From contig JAKFCT010000080.1 of assembly GCA_036676495.1 (NCBI GenBank), positions 64,001-128,000 on the forward strand: DNA of 64,000 nt, written 5' to 3'. The DNA comes from Candidatus Sericytochromatia bacterium (GTDB lineage: Bacteria; Cyanobacteriota; Sericytochromatia; S15B-MN24; UBA4093). Of the stretch, positions 54,722-64,000 are shown piece by piece (the stretch's first letter is position 1; the number at the start of each line of letters is the position of its first letter). Below the pieces are notes generated by a model. It was given only the letters and a program-made list of their open reading frames with translations, had not been told where the DNA came from and did no database searches. A program made the position numbers and the translations under genes.

Positions 54722-55618
54722 ATGTCGATCATGCGTACGCTGGGCAAGACCGGCGAGCGAATCAGCGCCATCGGCCTCGGCGGCTTCCACCTGGGCCTGC
54801 CGCGCGATCCGCGCGAGACCATGCGCATGATCCAGACGGCTATCGAGGGGGGCATCACCTTCATGGACAACTCCTGGGACTACCATGAGGGCGAGTCCGA
54901 GCGCCTCATGGGAGAGGCCCTGCGCGGGGGCTACCGGGACCGGGTCTTCCTGATGAGCAAAATCGACGGACAGACCCGCAAGGCGGCGATCGCCCAGATG
55001 GACCAGAGCCTCAAGCGACTCCGCGCCGATCACCTCGATCTCCTGCAGCTTCACGAGATCATTCGCATGGACGATCCCGAGCGGGTCTTCGCTCCCGGCG
55101 GAGCCATGGACGCCCTGGTGGAGGCCAAGAAGGCCGGGAAGATCCGTTTCATCGGCTTCACCGGCCACAAGGATCCCGCCATTCACCTGAAGATGCTCTC
55201 CATGGGCTTCGAGTTCGATGCCGTGCAGATGCCCCTCAACCTGCTCGACGCCCAGTTCCAGTCCTTCGAGAAGCAGGTCCTGCCCGTCCTCGTCGAGCGG
55301 GGCATCGGCGTTCTCGGCATGAAGCCCCTGGCCTCCGGCAAGCTGCTGGAGACGGGCCGCATCAAGGCCTGGGACGCCCTGCGCTACGCCATGAGCCTGC
55401 CGACCGATACGGTCATCACCGGTTGCGAGACCATGGCCGACGTCCAGCAGGCCTTGCGCCTGCTCGAGGAGTTCTCGCCCATGGAGCCCGACGAGGCCGA
55501 GTTCTTCCTGAAGAAGGCCGCCGACCTCGCCAAGGACGGCCGCTACGAGGAGTACAAGACCACCCATGCGCATGATGGGACCCTCCAGCATCCCGAGTGG
55601 CTGACGGCGATCTCCTGA
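54722..55618 (+). CDS. Aldo/keto reductase
   Basis: RTLGKTG, DNSWDY, SLKRLRADHLD, GKIRFIGFTGHK. Confidence 0.92.
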   Translation: MSIMRTLGKTGERISAIGLGGFHLGLPRDPRETMRMIQTAIEGGITFMDNSWDYHEGESERLMGEALRGGYRDRVFLMSKIDGQTRKAAIAQMDQSLKRLRADHLDLLQLHEIIRMDDPERVFAPGGAMDALVEAKKAGKIRFIGFTGHKDPAIHLKMLSMGFEFDAVQMPLNLLDAQFQSFEKQVLPVLVERGIGVLGMKPLASGKLLETGRIKAWDALRYAMSLPTDTVITGCETMADVQQALRLLEEFSPMEPDEAEFFLKKAADLAKDGRYEEYKTTHAHDGTLQHPEWLTAIS

Positions 55619-55742
55619 GCCCCCGCCGGATTCCTTCCTGGCCCGCGGCGGACGAATACCGTCCGTTGCGTGGTGCTGCCGCGGCGCGGATGGGCTAGAC
55701 TCCGTCGCAACAGCCGCAGGAAGGCGCGAAAGGAGGCGGCGG

Positions 55743-56348
55743 ATGTTGGCGTTAGCGGATCGCTGGTGGGCCCCGACGGTGCGGGGTGGCTTGGCCATCG
55801 TTTTCGGGTTGCTGGCCATTCTCTGGCCGGGCCTGGTGCTGGCGACGATGGTGATCTTGTTCGGGGCCTTCGCGCTCATGGATGGCGTGGTCGCCCTGGT
55901 GGGCTTGTTCACGTCGCGGGGCCGGCCGGCGGCCGAGCGGATCATGCCATGGGGGATGCAGCTGCTGGTGGGCGTCGTGGGCGTCGCGGCGGGACTCGCG
56001 ACCCTCTTCTATCCGGGCATCACCAGCGTCGTGCTGCTCTCGTTCATCGCCGCCTATGCCCTGGTGGGCGGGGTGGCGCAGATCATCGCGGCCGTCCAGC
56101 AGCGCCGCCAGCCCGGAGCGGTGGCGCTGGGCGTCGGGGGCGCGCTCGCCGCGCTATTCGGTGTGCTGGTGGCCATGCGCCCGGCGATCGGGGTCGTGAC
56201 GATCGCATGGCTGATCGGGATCTTCGCCATCGCCATCGGGGCGTCCCTGGTGACGATGGGCCTGACGCTGCGGCGCATGAAGGCCGCAGGGCCGCGCCTG
56301 GCGGCGACGTTCATGCCCGAGGCGGAGCGGGCCAGGATCGAAAAGTGA
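55743..56348 (+). CDS. HdeD/DUF308 family membrane protein
   Basis: WW..RG..AIVFG..LWPG, FGAFALMDG; about 6 TM segments. Confidence 0.85.
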   Translation: MLALADRWWAPTVRGGLAIVFGLLAILWPGLVLATMVILFGAFALMDGVVALVGLFTSRGRPAAERIMPWGMQLLVGVVGVAAGLATLFYPGITSVVLLSFIAAYALVGGVAQIIAAVQQRRQPGAVALGVGGALAALFGVLVAMRPAIGVVTIAWLIGIFAIAIGASLVTMGLTLRRMKAAGPRLAATFMPEAERARIEK

Positions 56349-56385
56349 AAACGACGAGGCCCGGGCCAATCGGCCCGGGCCTCGT
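56347..56385 (-). terminator. Terminator between convergent hdeD-like gene and nuoN
   Basis: ACGAGGCCCGGGCC-aatc-GGCCCGGGCCTCGT; T-rich on the minus side. Confidence 0.7.
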
Positions 56386-56396
56386 GCTGCGGGACG

Positions 56397-57899
56397 CTAG
56401 AAGAGCGAACCCACCGAGCTGCGCGCGGCGCTCAACAGGGGCTCAGCCCCCGGGAAGACCGCCAGCAGGTTGAACGAGCCGATGCCTGCCCAGAGGATGG
56501 CGACCACGCAGATGGTGGCGGCAACCCGGGTCAAGCCGAGGCCGGAGATGCCCGCCCATTCGGTCTTGGGATCCTTCATGTACATCGTGACGACGACCCG
56601 GAGGTAGTAGTAGACGCTCAGGATCGAGTTGACGATACCGATGATGGCGAGCCAGGCGTAGCCCTGCTGGACGACTGCGGTGAAGAGGTAGTACTTCCCG
56701 AAGAATCCAGCGGTGGGCGGCAGACCGATCAGCGAGAACATGCAGACCATGATGGCCAGGGCGATCCAGGGGTACTTCTGGGCGACGCCCGCGTAGTCCT
56801 CGATGTTCACGAGCTTCTCGCCCTGCTTGGACAGGAAGGAGATGCAGGCGAAGAGGCCGAGGTTGGTGAGCGAGTAGGCGACCAGGTAGTAGAGGATCGC
56901 GGTGCCGGCGGCGTTCTCGGCGCTCGGCGACAGGGCGACCAGGCCCATGAGCATGTAGCCGGTATGGGCGATGCTCGAGTAGGCGAGCATGCGCTTGATG
57001 TTGGGCTGCACGAAGGCCAGGAGGTTCCCGGTGAACATGGTGACCACGGCGAGGGCCGCGAGCACCTGGACCCACTCCGCCTTGGCGGGCATGAAGCCCG
57101 TCTGCAGGATGCGCAGGAAGAAGGCGAAGGAGGCGGCCTTCACGGCGGTGGCCATGAAGCCGGTGACGGGAGCCGGGGCTCCCTCGTAGACGTCGGGCGT
57201 CCAGGAGTGGAAGGGGGCGGCGGCGACCTTGAAGCCCAGTCCGACCAGGGTCATGGCCATGCCGAGCACGAAGAGCGGGAACATCGGCTGACCGGTGGTG
57301 CCCAGCCACTGCGAGATGGCACCGAGCTCGAAGCTGCCCGTGGCGCCGTAGATCATGGCGATGCCGAAGAGCAGGATGCCCGAAGAGAACGAGCCGAGGA
57401 AGAAGTACTTGAGGACCGACTCGTTGGACTTGAGCGACCAGCGGCGGAAGCCCGCGAGGGCGTAGATCGCCATGGACATGATCTCGACTCCGAGGAAGAG
57501 CGTGACCATGTTGATGCCGCCCGCCAGCACGATCATGCCGGCGATGGAGAAGAACATCAGGGCGTAGAACTCTTCATGGCCCATCTGCTCGCGCGGGAGG
57601 TAGTAGGTGGTCACCAGGGTGGTGATCGCTCCGCACGCGAGGAACAGGAGGGTGAAGAAGAGGGCGTAGGAATCCATGGCGAAGTGGCCGTGGAAGATCG
57701 GTTCTCCCGAGGGCCCCGCGGCCAGCTGGGCGACCGCCACCCCGGCCGTGAGGACCAGGGCCACGAACGAGATCCAGCCCATGTAGAAGCCCTTCTTGTC
57801 TGCGGGAAGGACGGGGGCGATCAGGGGCAGGAAGAGCCCGAAGATCACCGTCATCAGCAGCGGAAGGATCTGGGTGAGTTGGTTGAGGTCAAATGACAT
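56397..57899 (-). CDS. nuoN: NADH-quinone oxidoreductase subunit N
   Basis: ESVLKYF, GFKVAAAPFHSWTPDVYEGAP, KRMLAYSSIAH, GLPPTAGF. Confidence 0.96.
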   Translation of the reverse strand: MSFDLNQLTQILPLLMTVIFGLFLPLIAPVLPADKKGFYMGWISFVALVLTAGVAVAQLAAGPSGEPIFHGHFAMDSYALFFTLLFLACGAITTLVTTYYLPREQMGHEEFYALMFFSIAGMIVLAGGINMVTLFLGVEIMSMAIYALAGFRRWSLKSNESVLKYFFLGSFSSGILLFGIAMIYGATGSFELGAISQWLGTTGQPMFPLFVLGMAMTLVGLGFKVAAAPFHSWTPDVYEGAPAPVTGFMATAVKAASFAFFLRILQTGFMPAKAEWVQVLAALAVVTMFTGNLLAFVQPNIKRMLAYSSIAHTGYMLMGLVALSPSAENAAGTAILYYLVAYSLTNLGLFACISFLSKQGEKLVNIEDYAGVAQKYPWIALAIMVCMFSLIGLPPTAGFFGKYYLFTAVVQQGYAWLAIIGIVNSILSVYYYLRVVVTMYMKDPKTEWAGISGLGLTRVAATICVVAILWAGIGSFNLLAVFPGAEPLLSAARSSVGSLF

Positions 57900-57911
57900 G
57901 GGGTCTCCTCC

Positions 57912-59480
57912 CTAGTGCCCGTCATGGGCCGCGGGCGTGGTGCCCTCGGTCTCATGCGCGGTCGCTGCGGGGGTATGGGCCGGCGCCTGGGCCTCCTGGG
58001 CCGCAGCGAAGCCGGTCTGCTGCAGGAAGGCCTGCACCGAGGGCTCGACCTTGGACAGCACCGTCTGGGGGTAGAAACCGGTCCAGAGGATGACCGCGGC
58101 CAAGGGCAGGATGACGGCGATTTCGCGGAGGGTGAGGTCCTTGAAACCCTGGTTCTCGGGGCGGGTGATCTCGCCGAAGAAGATCCGCGAGACCATCCAG
58201 AGCATGTAGCAGGCGCTCCAGATGACGCCGGTGGTGGCGATGATGCCGATGGCGTTGCTGGCCCCGTAGGTGCCGAGCAGCATCATGAACTCCCCGATGA
58301 AGCCGTTGAGGCCGGGCAGGCCCACCGACGCCATCGTCACGAAGATGAAGGCGACGGTCAGCCAGGGAGCGGCCTTCGCGATGCCGCCGAACTGGGCGAT
58401 CTCGCGGGTGCCGCGCCGTTCGGCGAGCATCATGACCATCAGGAACAGGGCGCCGGTCGCCAGGGCGTGCGCCATGAAGTAGAAGACCGAGCCCGTGACG
58501 CCGTAGACGTTGAGGGCGAAGATGCCCATGACGATGATCGACATGTGCGAGAGCGACGAGTAGGCGATGAGCCGCTTGGCGTCGGTCTGCACCAGGGCGA
58601 TCCACGCTCCGAAGATCAGGCCGAACATGGCCAGGATCATGATGAACGGAGCGGCCGTCTTGGTGGCCTCGGGGAACATCGGGATCAGGAAGCGCAGGAA
58701 GCCGTAGGCGCCGATCTTGGCCATGACCGCCGAGAGCATGAAGGTCGCGGGGGTCGGGGCCTGGGTGTAGGCGTCGGGCAGCCAGCTATGGAAGGGCCAG
58801 ACGGGCGTCTTGATGGCGAAGGCCAGGAAGAACGCGCCGAACAGCAGCCACATCTCGGTGGGGCTGTACGAAAGGGCGTACAGGGAGGGGATGTCGAAGG
58901 TCCAGGTTCCGTTCAGGGCGTGGTGCTTGAAGTAGACGTAGAGGATCGCCAGGAACATGAACAGGGAGCCGATGAGGGTGTAGACCACGAACTTGACCGT
59001 GGCGTAGACCCGCTTCTCGCCGCCCCAGATACCGATGAGGAAGAACATCGGCAGGAGCATGACTTCCCAGAAGACGTAGAAGAGGAAGAGGTCGCGGGCG
59101 ACCACGGCCCCGAGCATGCCGCTCGAGAGCAGCAGCAAGGAGGCGTAGTAGCCGCGCAGCTTGGTGTCGACCCGGTTCCAGGAGGCGAGGATCGCCACCG
59201 GGGTGAGGGCCAGCGTGAGCATGGCGATCAGGATCGACAACCCGTCGACGCCGACATGGTAGGAGATGCCGAGGGAGGGCAGCCAGTTGGCCTTTTCAGC
59301 GAACTGGAAGCCGACCTCGGGCTGGAAACCGAACCAGAGGCCGAGTCCCAGCGCCAGGTTGAGAAGGCTGGCGCCGAGGGCCCAGGTTTTGATCACCGGC
59401 TTCCGGTCGGCGGGAATGAGCAGCATGCCCAAGCTCGCCAGGACCGGAAGCAGGATGAGAATCGAGAGTAGGTGGCTCAT
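57912..59480 (-). CDS. nuoM: NADH-quinone oxidoreductase subunit M
   Basis: GVDGLS, FYVFWE, IKTPVWPFHSWLPDAY, GLPGLNGFIGE. Confidence 0.96.
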   Translation of the reverse strand: MSHLLSILILLPVLASLGMLLIPADRKPVIKTWALGASLLNLALGLGLWFGFQPEVGFQFAEKANWLPSLGISYHVGVDGLSILIAMLTLALTPVAILASWNRVDTKLRGYYASLLLLSSGMLGAVVARDLFLFYVFWEVMLLPMFFLIGIWGGEKRVYATVKFVVYTLIGSLFMFLAILYVYFKHHALNGTWTFDIPSLYALSYSPTEMWLLFGAFFLAFAIKTPVWPFHSWLPDAYTQAPTPATFMLSAVMAKIGAYGFLRFLIPMFPEATKTAAPFIMILAMFGLIFGAWIALVQTDAKRLIAYSSLSHMSIIVMGIFALNVYGVTGSVFYFMAHALATGALFLMVMMLAERRGTREIAQFGGIAKAAPWLTVAFIFVTMASVGLPGLNGFIGEFMMLLGTYGASNAIGIIATTGVIWSACYMLWMVSRIFFGEITRPENQGFKDLTLREIAVILPLAAVILWTGFYPQTVLSKVEPSVQAFLQQTGFAAAQEAQAPAHTPAATAHETEGTTPAAHDGH

Positions 59481-59490
59481 CGGTGCATCC

Positions 59491-61518
59491 TTACTTCGCG
59501 AGGTGGAGGAAGTAGTACAAGAGGATCGCGAACATGCCCAGGACCATCAGGTACGCGTAGGAGCGGACCATGCCGGTCTGGATAACGCGGACGGCGTTGG
59601 AGAGGCCCGCGTAGGCCTTGGGCGTGCCGTTCACCAGGGAATCGAAGCCTTCCTCCTCCACGGACTTCACGAGGATGCCGCGGGAGATCTTGAGAAGGGG
59701 TTCGATGAAAAGGGCCTGGATCATCTCGTCGACGTAGTACTTCTCCCGGAGGATCTCCCACCAGAGGGCCTTGGTCGGCTCGGTGGCAGGGGTCGGCTTG
59801 GCGTAACGCACGAAGGCGAGGGCGATGCCGACCAGGGCGATGCCGATGGCAACGGCCATCAGGAAGTAATCCGTGGTCGCCGAGGGGTGGAACAGGTGCG
59901 CGTCGTGCGCGGCGGGCAGGACGCCCTGCAGGGACGGCGCCAGCCAGGTGGAGAAGAGATCCGTGGGCAGGAAGCCGAGGCTGAGGACCTTGGGCACGCC
60001 CAGGAAGCCGACCACGACGGTGCCGAGCGCCAAGGCCATCAGGGGGAAGGTCATGACGAGCGGCGATTCGTGGGCGTGATCGTGGATGTGCTGGTCCCGC
60101 GGCTTGCCGTGGAACGTCAGGAAGAACATCCGGAACATGTAGAACGCGGTCAGCCCGGAGGTGACGAGGGCGATCGCGTAGATGCCGTAGAGCCAGGTCT
60201 GGTAGTGCCCGGCGATGAAGGCGTTGGTGAGGATGGCTTCCTTGGAGAAGAAGCCCGCCAAGGGGGGCAGACCGGCGATCGCGAGGGTGCCGATCCCCAT
60301 GGTGGCCCAGGTGATGGGCATCTTGGCCTTCAGGCCGCCCATCTTCCAGATGTCTTGCTCCTCATGGCAGGCGTGGATGACCGAGCCCGAGCCGAGGAAC
60401 AGGAGGGCCTTGAAGAAGGCGTGGGTGAGGACGTGGAACATGCCCGCGGCGAAGATCGCGGCGCCCGCGCCGGCGACGATGTTCTCGAAGTACGCGCCGA
60501 GGCCGACGCCGATGAACATGTAGCCGAGCTGGGAGACCGTCGAGTAGGCGAGCACCTTCTTGATGTCCGACTGGGTGAGGGCGATGGTGGCGGCGAAGAT
60601 CGCCGTCACGGCGCCGACCGAGGCGACCACCAGGCCCGCGGAGGGGCTGATGGCGAAGAGGAAGCCCATGCGGGCGACCATGTAGACGCCGGCCGTGACC
60701 ATCGTCGCGGCGTGGATCAGGGCCGAAACCGGGGTGGGACCCGCCATGGCGTCCGCGAGCCAGACGTGCAGCGGGAGCTGGGCCGATTTGCCCATGGCGC
60801 CGACGAAGAGCAGCAGCGCGGCGGCGGTGGCGGCGTACGGGGTGAAGGCGGCCGCCTGCTCCTTGATTCCGAGGAAGTCCAGGGTGGCGGTGCCGTGGTT
60901 CAGCAGGAAGAAGAAGATGAAGAACATGCCGAGCAGGAAGCCGAAGTCTCCCACGCGGTTGGCGATGAAGGCCTTGTTCCCGGCGTTCGCCTTGGCGATG
61001 TCCGAGAACCAGAAGCCGATCAGCAGATACGAGCAGAGGCCGACGCCTTCCCAGCCCACGAACATGAGGGGCAGCGAGCTGCCCAGCACGAGCACGAGCA
61101 TCGAGAACATGAAGAGGTTCAGGTAGGTGAAGTACCGGCTGAAGCCGCGATCATGGCTCATGTAGCCCACGGAGTAGACGTGGATCAGGGTCCCGATGCC
61201 GGTGACCATGAGGATCATCATGGCCGACAGGGGATCCAGGAGGAAGGCCGCGTCGATCTGGAGAGGACCGACGTGGATCCAGGGGAAGACGGTCTGGGTG
61301 AGCGCCCGCTCGGCCTCGGGCAGGGCCCGGAGCTGGACGAAGAGGACGCAGGAGACCAGGAACGAGGCGAGCGGACCGGCGACGGCGAGCGTCGTGACGA
61401 GTCCCTTGGGCGCGCCCTGGCCTTTATGGGCGAATGCGAGGGTCAAGAGCCCGATCAGCACTGCGGTGAGCAGCGGGAAGAGCGGGACGAGACCGATCAG
61501 TGGCGAGGTATGTTCCAT
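59491..61518 (-). CDS. nuoL: NADH-quinone oxidoreductase subunit L
   Basis: GKSAQLPLHVWLADAMAGPTPVSALIHAATMV, THAFFKALLFL. Confidence 0.97.
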   Translation of the reverse strand: MEHTSPLIGLVPLFPLLTAVLIGLLTLAFAHKGQGAPKGLVTTLAVAGPLASFLVSCVLFVQLRALPEAERALTQTVFPWIHVGPLQIDAAFLLDPLSAMMILMVTGIGTLIHVYSVGYMSHDRGFSRYFTYLNLFMFSMLVLVLGSSLPLMFVGWEGVGLCSYLLIGFWFSDIAKANAGNKAFIANRVGDFGFLLGMFFIFFFLLNHGTATLDFLGIKEQAAAFTPYAATAAALLLFVGAMGKSAQLPLHVWLADAMAGPTPVSALIHAATMVTAGVYMVARMGFLFAISPSAGLVVASVGAVTAIFAATIALTQSDIKKVLAYSTVSQLGYMFIGVGLGAYFENIVAGAGAAIFAAGMFHVLTHAFFKALLFLGSGSVIHACHEEQDIWKMGGLKAKMPITWATMGIGTLAIAGLPPLAGFFSKEAILTNAFIAGHYQTWLYGIYAIALVTSGLTAFYMFRMFFLTFHGKPRDQHIHDHAHESPLVMTFPLMALALGTVVVGFLGVPKVLSLGFLPTDLFSTWLAPSLQGVLPAAHDAHLFHPSATTDYFLMAVAIGIALVGIALAFVRYAKPTPATEPTKALWWEILREKYYVDEMIQALFIEPLLKISRGILVKSVEEEGFDSLVNGTPKAYAGLSNAVRVIQTGMVRSYAYLMVLGMFAILLYYFLHLAK

Positions 61519-61526
61519 GGCGCGGT

Positions 61527-61829
61527 CTATTCCTTCATCAGCTTGAAGTCGTCGACGTTCAACGACTCCTTGTTCTTGAACAGGAGGATCACGATGGCCA
61601 GGCCGATCGCGGCCTCAGCAGCGGCGACGGCCATCACCAGGAAGGTGACGATCTGGCCGTCGAGCTGCGTCAGGAAGCGCGCGAAGGTCACGAAGCTCAA
61701 GTTCACCGCGTTCAGGATCAGCTCGATGGAGAGGAACACGATGAAGATGTTCTTCCGGCTCATGACGCCTGCGGCGCCGATGGCGAACAGGATCGCGCTC
61801 ACGGTGAGGAAATGGGACATGGTGAGCAT
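61527..61829 (-). CDS. nuoK: NADH-quinone oxidoreductase subunit K
   Basis: SIELILNAVN, VAAAEAAIGLA. Confidence 0.96.
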   Translation of the reverse strand: MLTMSHFLTVSAILFAIGAAGVMSRKNIFIVFLSIELILNAVNLSFVTFARFLTQLDGQIVTFLVMAVAAAEAAIGLAIVILLFKNKESLNVDDFKLMKE

Positions 61830-61838
61830 GGGAGCCTC

Positions 61839-62372
61839 CTAGATCCGACGCTTCGCGAGGATCACCACTCCGACCAGCGCAGCGGTCAGGAGGACGGCGA
61901 CGGCCTCGAAAGCGAAGAGGTAATTGGTGTAGAGGTATTTGCCCATGACCTCGATGGTACCGAAGTCGGTCGCCACCGGGGTGTTGGCGAGCGTCGCGTC
62001 CCCAGGCAGCTGCCCGAAGACGTAAAGGACGATCAGCAGCACCGGGGTCACGGCGGCCAAGGCCAAGGAGACTGCCTTGCCGATGTTCTCGTTGACCGGC
62101 AGGTCGCTTTCCTGAACGTTCAGGAGCATCAGGACGAAGGTGACCAGGGCCATGATGGCGCCGGCGTAGACGAGAATCTGCAGGATCGCGAGCAAGGGCG
62201 CCGAGAGGAGGGCGTAGAGGCCCGCCAGGCCGATGAAGGTCACGATGAGCGAGAGGGCCGCCGGCAGGGGATGCCGGCGGGTGATGGTCACCAGAGCTCC
62301 GCCGACGGCAACCGCAGCAAGGATGCCGAAGAGGACGGTCTGGAGGCCGAGTTGAAAGGGGGTGGGTTCCAT
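61839..62372 (-). CDS. nuoJ: NADH-quinone oxidoreductase subunit J
   Basis: QILVYAGAIMAL, AFEAVAVLL. Confidence 0.95.
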   Translation of the reverse strand: MEPTPFQLGLQTVLFGILAAVAVGGALVTITRRHPLPAALSLIVTFIGLAGLYALLSAPLLAILQILVYAGAIMALVTFVLMLLNVQESDLPVNENIGKAVSLALAAVTPVLLIVLYVFGQLPGDATLANTPVATDFGTIEVMGKYLYTNYLFAFEAVAVLLTAALVGVVILAKRRI

Positions 62373-62385
62373 GTCGTCGGGGCTC

Positions 62386-62889
62386 CTACTTCTGCTGAGA
62401 CGGCCTGGGCATGGCCGGCTCGATGGCCATCAACTCTTCCTTGGTGATGACGAAGTCCTTGCGGTTCATGTCGGCGATCGTGTACTGGCCCGAGTCCATG
62501 CGGATCGCGTCCACGGGGCAGGCCTCGACGCACATGCCGCAGAAGACGCAGCGCAGGAGGTCGATGTCGAAGGACTTCGGCGCCTTCTCGACGTCCGGCT
62601 TGCCGACGTCTTCGGCGACGATGTGGATGCAGTCGGCGGGGCACGCGGTCGCGCACATGAAGCAGGCGACGCAGCGGACCGAGCCGTCCTCGCGCTTGGT
62701 GAGGCGGTGCTTGCCGCGGTAGCCCGCGGGCATGTCCTTGGTCTGCTCCGGATACTGAAGGGTCGGCATCCCGCTCGGATGCACGAGGTTCTTCAGGAAG
62801 TGGCGAATCGTAATCCCCAATCCCTTCACGATCCCCGGCAGGTAGAGCCGGGTGGCGAGATCGCGTTGAGGACGAGCAACAATTTTCAT
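62386..62889 (-). CDS. nuoI: NADH-quinone oxidoreductase subunit I
   Basis: TLQYPE; CVACFMCATACP and CVFCGMCVEACP (two 4Fe-4S sites). Confidence 0.96.
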   Translation of the reverse strand: MKIVARPQRDLATRLYLPGIVKGLGITIRHFLKNLVHPSGMPTLQYPEQTKDMPAGYRGKHRLTKREDGSVRCVACFMCATACPADCIHIVAEDVGKPDVEKAPKSFDIDLLRCVFCGMCVEACPVDAIRMDSGQYTIADMNRKDFVITKEELMAIEPAMPRPSQQK

Positions 62890-62898
62890 GAGGCCCCC

Positions 62899-64000
62899 TT
62901 ATAGGTGCTGCACGAGGACCAGGCCGATCCCGGTAACCAGGATGTTGGCCAGGGCCAGGGGCAGCAGCGTTTTCCAGCCCAGGTTCATCAGCTGGTCGTA
63001 GCGGAAGCGCGGGAGCGTCCAGCGGACCCAGATGAACGTGAAGGCGATGAACATGAGTTTGGCCATGAAGATGCCGAACTGCGCCAAGAGCGCGAAGACG
63101 GCTCCGCCCCACTCGGGCAGCGGCATGGCCATGAAGTAGCCGAGGCCCGCCGCCGAGAGGACAGCCAGGCCGCCGGTGATGACGGCGAGCCAGAGGCCTT
63201 CCTGGTCGCGGATGTCGCCGAACTGGCCCTGCATGTCGCGGTACCACTTGTAGAGGCGGAAGGTCGTCAGGGCCAGCACGACCGTGCCGATCGCCAGGGT
63301 GATCTGGATCAGCAGCGGGGCGTGGGCGATCAGGGCCGCGGTGTTCAGGTAAGGCACCTGCCAGCCACCCAGGAAGAGGGTGGTGACGAAGGCCGACGAG
63401 ACCACGATGGCCGCGTACTCCCCGAGGAAGATCAGGGCGAACTTCATCGAGCCGTACTCGGTGTGGAAGCCGGCGACCAGCGAGCCTTCATCCTCGACCA
63501 TGTCGAAGGGGTTGCGGTTGGCCTCGGCGAAACAGGCGATCAGGAAGATCAGGAAGCCGATGGGCTGCAGGAAGATGCCCCAGGCCGGGATCGGCAGGGT
63601 GACGCCGAGGACCTCGAGCATGCGGCCCTGCTGGAGCACCATCTCGTTGAGCTGGAGGGTCCCGAAGGTCATGAGGATGCCGATGAGGCTGAGGCCCAGG
63701 GGGATCTCGTAGGAGAGCATCTGGTTGGAGGCTCGGATGGCACCCAGGAGCGAGTACTTGGTGTTACTCGCCCAGCCGGCGAGGACCACGCCGTAGACCG
63801 AAAGCGCGGTCAGGGCGAGGAACCAGAGCAGGCCGGCGTTCAGCTCGAGCGCCTGCATGGCGATGTTGACGTCGCCGATGCGCAGGGTGTCGGCCCAGGG
63901 CACGACGGCCAGGGTCGAGAAGGCCACCGTGACCATGATGAAGGGCGCCAGGTAGAAGTAGAACTTGTTGGCGGTCCGGGGGGTGATGTCTTCCTTGAAG
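62899..64000 (-). CDS. nuoH: NADH-quinone oxidoreductase subunit H (5' end outside window)
   Basis: Frame continues to the window edge (FKEDITP). QMLSYE, AEANRNPFD, GFHTEY, WVRWTLPRFRYDQLM. Confidence 0.96.
   Translation of the reverse strand, partial: FKEDITPRTANKFYFYLAPFIMVTVAFSTLAVVPWADTLRIGDVNIAMQALELNAGLLWFLALTALSVYGVVLAGWASNTKYSLLGAIRASNQMLSYEIPLGLSLIGILMTFGTLQLNEMVLQQGRMLEVLGVTLPIPAWGIFLQPIGFLIFLIACFAEANRNPFDMVEDEGSLVAGFHTEYGSMKFALIFLGEYAAIVVSSAFVTTLFLGGWQVPYLNTAALIAHAPLLIQITLAIGTVVLALTTFRLYKWYRDMQGQFGDIRDQEGLWLAVITGGLAVLSAAGLGYFMAMPLPEWGGAVFALLAQFGIFMAKLMFIAFTFIWVRWTLPRFRYDQLMNLGWKTLLPLALANILVTGIGLVLVQHL

Noticed and set aside
1-64000. Prophage, IS, integron, defence system, tRNA or rRNA
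   Set aside because: No integrase, transposase, phage structural, cas or restriction genes, and no tRNA or rRNA signatures were recognised.

Overview
GC-rich chromosomal window from a diderm bacterium (TolC and lipoproteins present). I found no mobile elements, CRISPR arrays, rRNA or tRNA. Housekeeping genes: partial RlmI-type methyltransferase, mnmG, iscS-ygfZ, rluE, mnmA, nfi and nuoH-N (nuoH partial). Other loci: a c-di-GMP/two-component cluster, a plant/cyanobacterial-type FNR, a MerR-led six-gene RND efflux operon, a stress/glycogen cluster, ergothioneine genes egtD/egtB flanking a chemoreceptor, and a cheX-Y-A-R-R-B operon. The gene content is compatible with a non-photosynthetic relative of Cyanobacteria such as Sericytochromatia (inference only). 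The strongest candidate for an undescribed system is a four-member family of lipoprotein precursors: three tandem monocistronic genes at 33.2-35.8 kb plus one at 17.8-19.1 kb. They share an unrecognised N-terminal domain and a conserved Tyr-Pro module, and the three tandem ones switch abruptly at a QQ motif to an Arg/Gly/aromatic tail. Other candidates: a ~300-nt structured non-coding RNA (7.75-8.07 kb), a 69/70-aa repeat protein upstream of the chemotaxis operon, and recurrent 15-bp-period tandem duplications. All calls come from reading motifs by eye; no searches were run.
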